Below are positions 56,476-64,000 of a stretch of DNA of 64,000 bases, piece after piece. The DNA is from Arachnia sp. (GTDB lineage: Bacteria > Actinomycetota > Actinomycetes > Propionibacteriales > Propionibacteriaceae). The notes below the pieces were generated by a model that saw nothing but the letters and a program-made list of their open reading frames with translations, did no database searches and was not told the DNA's origin. Both the position numbers and the translations under genes were made by a program. Each line of letters opens with the position of its first letter. Position 1 is the stretch's first letter. The stretch is taken from assembly GCA_047602285.1 (NCBI GenBank), contig JASGHR010000001.1:1326638-1390637 (forward strand), given 5' to 3'.

Positions 56476-58314
56476 GAGACTGCTGATTAAAGGGCGCGCC
56501 TTCCGGGGTTGTCGGGCTGGGCTGGGATCCTGTGTGCATGCTGGGTGAGTCGGGTCGGCAGCGTGAGTTGCTGGATGTGGAGTCGGTTGCTGGGCACCTG
56601 CTTGAGCCGGGGAGCGTGTTCGCGTTGCTGGCCGGGCATCGGGACCGGTTGTTCCCGAGCGAGTTGTTCGCTGACCTGTTCCCGACCGGGCGTGGTCGGC
56701 CCTCGATCCCGGGCGAGGTGATCGCCTCGGTGATCGTGCTCCAGGCGCTTTACGGCCATTCGGACCGCGAAGCGGTTGACGCGTTGACCTTCGATCTGCG
56801 GTGGAAGGCAGCGTGCGGGTACGCGATCGACGCGAAGGGCTTCGACTCCTCGACGTTGACTCACTGGCGGCGCCGGTTGGCTGCGAGCCATCGGCCGCAG
56901 CGGATCTTCGAGGTGGTCCGCGACGTCATCGCTGAAACGGGTGCGGTGGCCGGCAAGCAGCGTCGGGCGCTGGACTCCACGATCCTTGATGACGCGGTGG
57001 CCCGGCAGGACACCGTGACCCAGTTGATCGCCCAGATTCGTCGGGTCGGCCGTGAGGTGCCCGGCGCCAAGGACCTGATCGGGGTGCAGTGCACCCGGCT
57101 GGCCGCGTTTACTGGGCAGGACTACGACTCGACCGGGAAGCCGCCGATCGCGTGGGATGACCCGGCTGCCCGTGACGAGTTGGTCTCCGCGCTGGTCGGT
57201 GACGCGCTGGCGCTGCTCGCCGCGCTGGATGTCGAGGCAATCAGCAAGGCGGGCGGGAAACCGGCCGATGCGGTCGCGCTGCTGGCTCTGGTCGCGGGTC
57301 AGGACGTGGAACCGGCCGAGGACTCCGACGGCACCGACGGCCGGTGGCGGATCGCCCGCAAGACCGCTCCCGATCGGGTGATCTCGACCGTCGACCCCGA
57401 CACCCGACATGCCCACAAGACCCGGGAACGACGCCAGGACGGGTTCAAAGCCCACGTCGTGGTCGAGCCCGATACCGGGCTGACCATGGTGTGCGAGCTG
57501 ACCAAGACCAACGGGCCGGACAACTCCGACGCCACCGTCGGTGCCGAGCTGGTCACTGCCGACTCGACCCTCGCGGCCGACCAGCAGGTCGAGGTGCTCG
57601 GGGACTCGGCCTATGCCACCGGCGACATGCTCCATGAACTCGATAAGAAGAAGTGGATTCCGCTGCTCAAGCCGTGGCCGCTCAAGCCCGCCGTTGAGGG
57701 TGGCTTCACCATCGACGATTTCACCTTCAACCCTGACGCCGACACCATGACCTGCCCGGCCGGGATCACCAGGAGACGGTCCGCGAAGGGCGCCGTCACG
57801 TTCGGGGCCGCCTGTCGCGGCTGCCCGTTACGGGAGCAGTGCACCACCGCGGTATCTGGCCGCGCTCTGCTGCTGGGCGAGCATCACCAACTGCAACGCG
57901 AGCACCGTAAACGCGCAACGGACGAAGGCTTCCGGGCCGACTACCGGCAGCACCGACCGATGGTCGAACGCTCGATCGCCTGGCTCACCCGCGGCGCCCG
58001 TCGCGTCCCATACCGAGGCGTCGAGAAGAACAACAACTGGCTCCACCACCGCGTCGCCGCCCTCAACCTGCGACGACTCCTCGCCATGGGCCTCACGATG
58101 ACCGACGAAGCCTGGGCCCTGGCCTGACCAGACCGACACGGCCTCAGTCCCGATCACTTGCACCCGGCCCCCGGGACCACACAAGATCACCGACAGCGGG
58201 CGGAACGACCCCACTGCCGCACCCAGAGCGCTAACTCAAACTCCCCGCTCCACAGCCTCGACAACCTTCCGCCCGCCACCCACACCACCAGATGACGAGT
58301 TGTTCAGCAGTCTC
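56476..58314 (+). mobile_element. IS1182-family insertion sequence flanked by CTAG
   Basis: 1839 bp. The terminal inverted repeats are GAGACTGCTGA (56476-56486) and TCAGCAGTCTC (58304-58314). CTAG lies on both sides (56472-56475 and 58315-58318). Intact copies of the target module carry a single CTAG, for example GCGCTAGCCG near 5440 and GGCTAGCGCC near 58890. Confidence 0.85.
56532..58127 (+). CDS. IS1182-family (IS5-like DDE) transposase
   Basis: 531 aa. The N-terminus ...LFPSELFADLFPTGRGRPSIPGEVIASVIVLQALYGHSDREAVDALTFDLRWKAACG is characteristic of the family. The start is GTG at 56532 or ATG at 56538. Confidence 0.85.
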   Translation: MCMLGESGRQRELLDVESVAGHLLEPGSVFALLAGHRDRLFPSELFADLFPTGRGRPSIPGEVIASVIVLQALYGHSDREAVDALTFDLRWKAACGYAIDAKGFDSSTLTHWRRRLAASHRPQRIFEVVRDVIAETGAVAGKQRRALDSTILDDAVARQDTVTQLIAQIRRVGREVPGAKDLIGVQCTRLAAFTGQDYDSTGKPPIAWDDPAARDELVSALVGDALALLAALDVEAISKAGGKPADAVALLALVAGQDVEPAEDSDGTDGRWRIARKTAPDRVISTVDPDTRHAHKTRERRQDGFKAHVVVEPDTGLTMVCELTKTNGPDNSDATVGAELVTADSTLAADQQVEVLGDSAYATGDMLHELDKKKWIPLLKPWPLKPAVEGGFTIDDFTFNPDADTMTCPAGITRRRSAKGAVTFGAACRGCPLREQCTTAVSGRALLLGEHHQLQREHRKRATDEGFRADYRQHRPMVERSIAWLTRGARRVPYRGVEKNNNWLHHRVAALNLRRLLAMGLTMTDEAWALA

Positions 58315-58935
58315 CTAGCGCCTCACGGCCGGCTCAAGGAACGACCTCGCTCAGGGACCGGCTCACAGCGATCCCTGAGGAGCAGCCCGCCCACCAACCT
58401 CACACCACGCCAAACCCCGCGGGCTGCATCTCGAAGGGTCCGAAACCACGGCCCACATGCACCGCTACCGCGGCTCCCTGCCCACGCTCCCGGACCTAAC
58501 GACCACGGCATTCGGCTGGCGCCTCACGGCCGGCTCAAGGAACGAACACGCTGCCGTGACTCTCTGCCACGCTCTCGGACCTAACGACCACGGCATTCGG
58601 CTGGCACCTCACGGCCGGCTCAAGGAACAACACCGCTGCCGCGACTCCCCGGACCGGCTCACAGACCGGTCCCTGAGGAGCGGCCCGCTCGCCAACCTCA
58701 CACCACGCCAAACCCCGCGGGCTGCATCTCGAAGGGTCCGAAACCCACAGCCCACAGGTACCGCTACCGCGGCTCCCTGCCCACACTCCGGGACCTTTCG
58801 ACACGGCGTTCGGCTGCGCCTCACGGCCGGCTCAAGGAACAACACCGCTACCGCAACTACCCGCCCACATCCCCAGGCGTTTCACGGCGTTCGGCTAGCG
58901 CCTCGCGACCCGCTCAAGGAACAACACCACACACG
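58315..58935. repeat. Intergenic structured repeat block C6b (E1 family, reverse), continuation after IS1182
   Basis: It resumes the interrupted module (CTAGCGCCTCACGGCCGGCTCAAGGAAC). Two further GGTCCCTGAGGAGC...ATCTCGAAGGGTCCGAAACC units and several module-A variants follow. Confidence 0.85.
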
Positions 58936-58948
58936 GATCCGGTCCGGG

Positions 58949-59592
58949 CTACTCCTCCGCGTCGCGGACGAGGAGGGCCAGGCGGACGCGGTTGGTGTCG
59001 CCGACTTTCGCGAAGATCCTTGTGAGGTGCGTTTTCACCGTCGCTTCTGAACAGAACAGTTTGGCGCCGATCTCGGCGTTCGAGAGCCCCTCGGCCACGC
59101 CCTGGGCGACCTCCAGCTCGCGGGGGCTGAGGTCCGCCAGCGAGCCGCGGGCGGCGTCGCGCCGCCTGTCGCGGCCGCTATCGGCGAAGTGATCCATCAG
59201 CGCGCGGGTGTGCGAGGGGCTGAGCATGGCGTCGCCGCCCGCCACGATCCGAACAGCCTCGATCAGCTCACGCGGGGGTGTGTCCTTCAGCAGGAAACCG
59301 GCCGCGCCGGCCTCGATCGCGGCGAATACATGTTCGTCCAGCTGGAAGGTGGTCAGCACCAGGACGCGCACGTCCGGGTTGCCGGCCAGCCCGCGTGTGG
59401 CCTCGATGCCGTCGACGCCCGGCATGCGGATATCCATCACCACGACGTCGGGGCGCTCACGCTCCACGAGGGAGGGCACGCCCGCGCCGTCGTCTGCGTC
59501 GCCCACGACCGTCAGGTCGTCGGCCGAAGAGAAGATGGTGCGCAGGCCCGCCCGCACGAGCGGGTCGTCGTCCACGATGGCGATCCGGATCA
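58949..59592 (-). CDS. LuxR/NarL-family response regulator
   Basis: The ORF was trimmed to the GTG at 59592 (VIRIAIVDDD...). The receiver domain has DVVVMDIRMPGVDG. The LuxR HTH is LSPRELEVAQGVAEGLSNAEIGAKLFCSEATVKTHLTRIF. GTGA overlap with the kinase stop. Confidence 0.85.
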
Positions 59593-60732
59593 CGTTTCCT
59601 CCCACGGCAGCTTGATCGAGAGCTCGAAGACGCCCTTGGTGGCGTGCGCGTCGAGGCTGCCGCCCAACACCTCGACACGGTTGCGCAGCGACGCCAGGCC
59701 GGTACCCGCGCCGCGCTCCCCGCCCGGCGCGAGCGGGTTGCGCACCGTCAGCGATATCCCCTGCCCCGGTGCGCCCGCGACGGCGACCTGCACCGGCGCA
59801 TGCGGCGCGTGCCGATGCGCGTTCGTCAGCGACTCCTGCACCCCGCGGTACAGCAGCCGGCCGACAGAGGCGGGCAGACCCGAACGGTCCACGGCCGCCC
59901 CGTCGACATACTCGACGACGGCCCCCGCGCTCCTGCTCGCCTCGACGAGCTGCGAGATGGCCTCCATCCCGGGCGCGGGATCGCGCCGCGCGTCGGCGCC
60001 GAGGGCCCGGACGACGGCGCGCAGGTCGGCGAGTCCTGTGCGGGCCGACGTGCGGATGGCCTCGGCGGCGGCCACCGTCTGCTCGTCCTTGGCGCTGACC
60101 TCGAGGGCGCCGGCCTGCATGGCGATGAGGGCAAGCACGTGGCCGACGGAGTCGTGCATCTCCTGCGCGATGCGTTCCCGCTCGGCCTGCGCGGCCTCCC
60201 TCGCCGCCACCTCGCGCTCGACCTCGGCGCGCACCGCCCGCTCGGCGACCGACGCCTCCAGCCGCCGATGGGTCCTGATGTACGCGCCGACGAGCAGCGG
60301 GAGAAGGATCATGTACAGCAGCACGAAGAGCAACGTCGTCGGCCAGGTGTCCTTCGGGGAGACCGGGCTGAACGCGGGCACGAGCAGCGTCGCCAGCCGG
60401 ATCAGTCCCCCCGCGATGGCGATCGCCCACACCTTCGGGCCGCTCCTGCGGATGGCGAGGCTGAAGACGCCGACGACGCAGACGGCATCCGTGCCGGTGA
60501 CGAGCGCGACCAAGCCGAGGAGAGGTAGCGCGAACGGCACGCGGGTCCGATAGAGGACGGCGAGCACCACGAACGGGACCAGGATCGCCTGCACGACGGC
60601 CTGCCACGGCGCCATGGTGTTGACGAGTTCCATGTTGTTGACGTACGTCGCTGCGATGGCGCCGAGATAGGCGAGGTGCGCGCCCCATTGGATGAGGCGG
60701 ACGGTGCCGCGCGGCTCGGGGCTGGCTGCCAT
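59590..60732 (-). CDS. sensor histidine kinase (HisKA_3 type)
   Basis: The N-terminal half is membrane-spanning. The H-box is ERERIAQEMHDSVGHVLALI, followed by an HATPase_c region (...ESLTNAHRHAP...GTGLASLRNRVEVLGG). Confidence 0.85.
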   Translation of the reverse strand: MAASPEPRGTVRLIQWGAHLAYLGAIAATYVNNMELVNTMAPWQAVVQAILVPFVVLAVLYRTRVPFALPLLGLVALVTGTDAVCVVGVFSLAIRRSGPKVWAIAIAGGLIRLATLLVPAFSPVSPKDTWPTTLLFVLLYMILLPLLVGAYIRTHRRLEASVAERAVRAEVEREVAAREAAQAERERIAQEMHDSVGHVLALIAMQAGALEVSAKDEQTVAAAEAIRTSARTGLADLRAVVRALGADARRDPAPGMEAISQLVEASRSAGAVVEYVDGAAVDRSGLPASVGRLLYRGVQESLTNAHRHAPHAPVQVAVAGAPGQGISLTVRNPLAPGGERGAGTGLASLRNRVEVLGGSLDAHATKGVFELSIKLPWEET

Positions 60733-60864
60733 GGCCTGACACTAGCCGAGCAGGCGGCACATCTGACACCCACCCCGGGGTGACAACCACTACGACGTTG
60801 GTCGTACCACAATGAACACCTCCTATGGATGGTGGGATGCGGCGCCCGCGGCGAGGCTTGAGTC

Positions 60865-61641
60865 ATGAGCAACCAGAAGAACCCCTCCGGCACCCTGATC
60901 GTGGCCGAGCACGTGTCCAAGTCCTACGCCGTCGGCTCCTCGAAGGTCGAGATCCTGCACGACGTGTCCCTGTCCGTCAGCGAGGGCGAGGTCTGCGCCA
61001 TCATGGGCCCGTCCGGCTCCGGCAAGTCGACCCTCCTCTACTGCCTCGCGGGCCTGGAGCCCACGACGTCGGGCGATGTCGCGCTGCTCGACCAGTCGCT
61101 CTCGCGGATGTCGCGCACCGACCTGGCCAAGCTGCGCCGCACCGACCTCGGCTTCGTGTTCCAGTCCTACAACCTCCTGCCGACGCTGCCGGTGCGCGAG
61201 AACGTCGCGCTCCCCTTCCGGCTCCGCGGCGAGCGCGTCGACGGCGGCCGCATCGAGGAGGCGCTGTCCGCGGTGGGCCTCGCCGGCCGCGGCTCCGCGC
61301 ACCCGTCGTCGATGTCCGGCGGCGAGCAGCAGCGCGTGGCCATCGCCCGCGTGCTGGCGCAGCGCCCGAAGATCGTGTTCGCCGACGAGCCGACCGGGGC
61401 GCTGGACACCGCCTCCGGCCGCGCGGTGCTCGCCGAGCTCCGACGGATCGGCGGCACGCCTGGCCAGTGCGTGCTGATCGTCACGCATGACCCGACGGTG
61501 GCCGCGGCCTGCGACCGGATCGTGTTCATGCGCGACGGCCGCCTCGTCGACCAGCTGACGGCGGCCAGCGCCGACGAGGTCGCCGCCAAGCTCGCGGCGC
61601 TCACCGGCCCGTCCGACGTCGCTGAGCGCAAGGCCGCGTGA
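60865..61641 (+). CDS. ABC transporter ATP-binding protein (MacB/FtsE-like)
   Basis: Walker A is GPSGSGKST, the signature is [13 protein letters not shown], and Walker B is IVFADEPTGALD. Confidence 0.85.
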   Translation: MSNQKNPSGTLIVAEHVSKSYAVGSSKVEILHDVSLSVSEGEVCAIMGPSGSGKSTLLYCLAGLEPTTSGDVALLDQSLSRMSRTDLAKLRRTDLGFVFQSYNLLPTLPVRENVALPFRLRGERVDGGRIEEALSAVGLAGRGSAHPSSMSGGEQQRVAIARVLAQRPKIVFADEPTGALDTASGRAVLAELRRIGGTPGQCVLIVTHDPTVAAACDRIVFMRDGRLVDQLTAASADEVAAKLAALTGPSDVAERKAA

Positions 61642-63056
61642 TGCGAGCCATCATCCTCGCGGAGCTGAAGGCCGCCTGGTCCTCCTGGGCCGCGGTCCTC
61701 CTGGCCTTCGTCGCCGCGAGCTTCGCCGTCCTCGTGTCGCTCATCGGTGTGGACGCCGTCGAGCAGACCGTCGCGCTGGGCGTGGTGGACGAGGAGGCCG
61801 TGATGTCGCTGCGCTTCCTCCCGATCTGGAACCTGCTGCTCTCGCTGCTGGCGGGGCTGAGCGTCATCGCCGCCGTCACGGGGCTCGTCGTCCAGGCCCG
61901 CCGCGGCTCGCTGGCGCGCCTGTCGCTCGCGGGGGCGACCCCGGGCCAGGTGTCGCGGATCCTGCTCGCGCAGCTCGCGGTGGTCGCGCTCCTCGGAGCA
62001 TTCGTCGGCGCGGTTCTCGCGCTCGTGTCGGTCCGCCCGATCCTCGCCACCGAGCTGCGCGACCGCGCCATCGAGCCGCAGCTGGCCAGCGACATCGCGG
62101 CTCAGGTGCATCCGAACGTGGCCTGGGCCGCGCTCGGCGCCGTCGGCTTCGTGGCCTGGGCGGTCCTCTCGGGCATGGGTCAGTCGCGCGTCGCGGCGGC
62201 CCTCTCCCCTGTCGAGGCGCTGCGCACGGTGCCCGGCGCGACGGTGCGTCGTCGCCGTATCGGGCGCTGGGTCGGCGCGGTCCTGCTCGCGCTGCTCGTC
62301 GCGGGCCTCGGCACCGCCGCGGTGCTGATGGCCCCCGAACTGGGCGTCGACGGCTCCAGCGCGGTCCTCCAGATGTCGGTGATCTGCATGCTGCTGACCG
62401 GCTCCGTGCTCTCGCTGTCCGCGCCACTGACCGTCGGCCTGCTGACGCGGGTCTGGACCGCGCTGATCCCCAGCCGCTCCGCGCCGTGGGTGCTGGCCCG
62501 CGCCGGCGTGATCGCGAAGGGCGAGCGCCTGGCCCGCACGGTGACGCCCGTCATGTTCGCGATCGGCATCCTCGTGGGGCTGGGCGCGCTGGCCGCGTCC
62601 ACCAACGCGTTCCTCGAGTCGGTCGGCCGCGAGGGCCTCGATCAGGCCGGTGTCACGTCGCTCCTGCTGCTCGTGGCGCTCGTGCTGCTCATCTCCACCG
62701 GCGGCGGCGTCAGCGTGGTGCTGATGATGTCACGTCAGCGCGAGGGCGAGCTGGCGCTGATCGGGGTCACCGGCGGAACGTCGGCCCAGCAGGTCATGGT
62801 CGTGGTCTTCGAGGGCGCGATCATCACCGTCACCGCGGTGCTCCTGGGCTGCGTGATGAGCGCGGTCGGCGTGGGCATCTTCGCGGCCGGGCTCGGCGCG
62901 CTGGGCATGGCCGCCCCCGTGATCGTCCCCTGGGGCGTGCTGGGCGCCGTCGCGCTCGTGTTCGCCGTGATCACCATCGCTTCGACGACGCTGCCGGTGC
63001 TGCCGTCGCTCGGCCGCTCCGCCCGCACGGTGGTGGCCCAGCTCGCCGCCGAGTGA
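61638..63056 (+). CDS. FtsX-like ABC transporter permease
   Basis: ATGA overlap with the ATPase gene. 472-aa polytopic protein paired with a MacB-type ATPase and an adjacent two-component system. Confidence 0.75.
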   Translation: MMRAIILAELKAAWSSWAAVLLAFVAASFAVLVSLIGVDAVEQTVALGVVDEEAVMSLRFLPIWNLLLSLLAGLSVIAAVTGLVVQARRGSLARLSLAGATPGQVSRILLAQLAVVALLGAFVGAVLALVSVRPILATELRDRAIEPQLASDIAAQVHPNVAWAALGAVGFVAWAVLSGMGQSRVAAALSPVEALRTVPGATVRRRRIGRWVGAVLLALLVAGLGTAAVLMAPELGVDGSSAVLQMSVICMLLTGSVLSLSAPLTVGLLTRVWTALIPSRSAPWVLARAGVIAKGERLARTVTPVMFAIGILVGLGALAASTNAFLESVGREGLDQAGVTSLLLLVALVLLISTGGGVSVVLMMSRQREGELALIGVTGGTSAQQVMVVVFEGAIITVTAVLLGCVMSAVGVGIFAAGLGALGMAAPVIVPWGVLGAVALVFAVITIASTTLPVLPSLGRSARTVVAQLAAE

Positions 63057-63058
63057 CG

Positions 63059-63928
63059 TCAGGCCCTCAGCTCGCCGACCAGGTGAGGCTTGCCCTCCTT
63101 GCCGACGACGGCGAACCGCCAGCCCTCGTCCTCGCGGGTGGCGGCGAAGCCCACCCGGCCGGGCAGCGGGATCGGCTTGGCGAACTGCACGCGGGCCCGG
63201 TAGGCGTCCGGCAGGCGCCCGCCGAGGCCCGCGAGAGCTCGGGCGTGGGTCCACATGCCGTGGATGATCGGGCGGCGGAAGCCGAAGAGCCGGGACGTGG
63301 CCGGGCTGAGGTGGATGGGATTGAAGTCGCCGGAGACCGCGGCGTACCGGCGGCCCAGGTCGGGCGCGAGGCGCCATTCCTGAGCGACGGCGACGTCGGG
63401 GGCGGCCAGCCGCTCGGCCACCGCGGGATCGCCGTCGATGCGGACCCCGGTGGCGAGATAGAGCGACGTGCCGCGCCAGACGGGCTCATCGTCGGCGTGC
63501 ACCTCGCCCACCATGTCGAACACCGCGCCCTTGGCGTGCGGGCGGAGGTTCTCGGCCCGCACCATCAGCCGCAGCCGATCGGCGACCGAGACGGGGCGGA
63601 GGAGCTCCATGTCGTTGCTGACGTGCACGAGGCCCGCGAGCGAGAACGGGAACGCGTCGTCGGCCATCAGCGCGGCCTGCAGCGGGAACGTGAGCACGTG
63701 CAGCCACGTGGCGGGCACCCGGTCGCTGAGCCCGAAGCCCGTCACCCGGCAGTACTGCGCGAGGCGGGCGACGTCCTGCGCCTGGTCGTCCATCAGGAGG
63801 CTGAGCCGCGGAAGGCCGTCGACGGGGGCGCCGCGTTTCCGCGCCGCGCCCGCCAGGCCCTTGACCAGCAGCTTGCCGACATCGGGCGCCTGGGTCAGCT
63901 GCCGCACCTCGCGCGCCATGTCAGGCAC
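63059..63928 (-). CDS. MaoC-like (double hotdog) dehydratase
   Basis: DFNPIHLSPATSRLFGFRRPIIHGMWT is the MaoC dehydratase motif. The start is GTG at 63928 or ATG at 63919, 1 nt after the upstream TGA. Confidence 0.75.
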   Translation of the reverse strand: MPDMAREVRQLTQAPDVGKLLVKGLAGAARKRGAPVDGLPRLSLLMDDQAQDVARLAQYCRVTGFGLSDRVPATWLHVLTFPLQAALMADDAFPFSLAGLVHVSNDMELLRPVSVADRLRLMVRAENLRPHAKGAVFDMVGEVHADDEPVWRGTSLYLATGVRIDGDPAVAERLAAPDVAVAQEWRLAPDLGRRYAAVSGDFNPIHLSPATSRLFGFRRPIIHGMWTHARALAGLGGRLPDAYRARVQFAKPIPLPGRVGFAATREDEGWRFAVVGKEGKPHLVGELRA

Positions 63929-64000
63929 CCACCAGGTTCTGGCCGCACACCCGGATGACCTGGCCGTCGACTCCGCCGGACGCCGGGCCGCACAGATACG
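63921..64000 (-). CDS. short-chain dehydrogenase/reductase, 3' end only (5' part outside window)
   Basis: The minus-strand frame open to the window edge ends ...GGVDGQVIRVCGQNLVGA*, a typical SDR / 3-oxoacyl-ACP-reductase C-terminus. Stop at 63921-63923. Confidence 0.5.
   Translation of the reverse strand, partial: YLCGPASGGVDGQVIRVCGQNLVGA

Noticed and set aside
58949-63056. The two-component system plus MacB/FtsX ABC module as a novel system.
   Set aside because: This divergent four-gene arrangement (HisKA_3 kinase, NarL-type regulator, ABC ATPase, FtsX permease) is a very common actinobacterial antimicrobial-peptide or cell-envelope-stress module. Nothing unusual is seen in the sequence.
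1-64000. tRNA, rRNA or tmRNA genes, or an integrase marking the island borders.
   Set aside because: I saw no T-loop-like GGTTCGA(A/G)TCC context with an acceptor-stem partner, no rRNA-like segments, and no tyrosine or serine recombinase translation. Visual scanning could miss a divergent tRNA; tRNAscan-SE should confirm.

Overview
This is a high-GC, Actinomycetota-like chromosomal segment with about 60 credible genes. All family calls rest on motif recognition in the supplied translations; no database search was possible.

The window has three parts.

(1) 1-2.3 kb: the 3' end of a GH78 rhamnosidase gene and a ThuA-like gene.

(2) About 2.3-21.6 kb: a lower-GC accessory island.
- It is built around a Sec-signal Rhs/YD-repeat polymorphic toxin gene (12786-18992, minus strand).
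- The toxin has an unassigned, strongly GC-depressed C-terminal module.
- A DNRLRE/CBM-like secreted partner gene lies upstream.
- Downstream runs a long chain of small, co-oriented, start/stop-overlapping ORFs that looks like a polyimmunity array. It includes MafI-like, HEAT-repeat and DUF4265-like members.
- An IS630 element cleanly splits one of these ORFs.

(3) 21.8-64 kb: mostly core functions.
- Class-IV aminotransferase, 3-methyladenine glycosylase, and a LacI-controlled sugar ABC locus.
- A siderophore-interacting protein, purC, a TadE-like protein and an RTX-repeat protein.
- gluABCD, pntAB, a hotdog thioesterase and purB.
- A second sugar ABC operon with an FGGY kinase and two class-II aldolases.
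- A frameshifted DUF222-HNH gene, a P-loop kinase, DeoR, an aldo/keto reductase and an IS1182 element.
- A two-component system with an FtsX-type ABC module, MaoC, and an SDR fragment.

The least explained signal is non-coding. A modular, hairpin-forming intergenic repeat family fills seven blocks, about 5 kb in total.
- The family shows compensatory stem variants.
- One block is a 5-unit tandem array.
- The IS1182 element is inserted into one copy.
- A second palindromic element family (GATGAGCACG ends) brackets the DeoR gene.

No tRNA, rRNA, CRISPR array or integrase was recognised.
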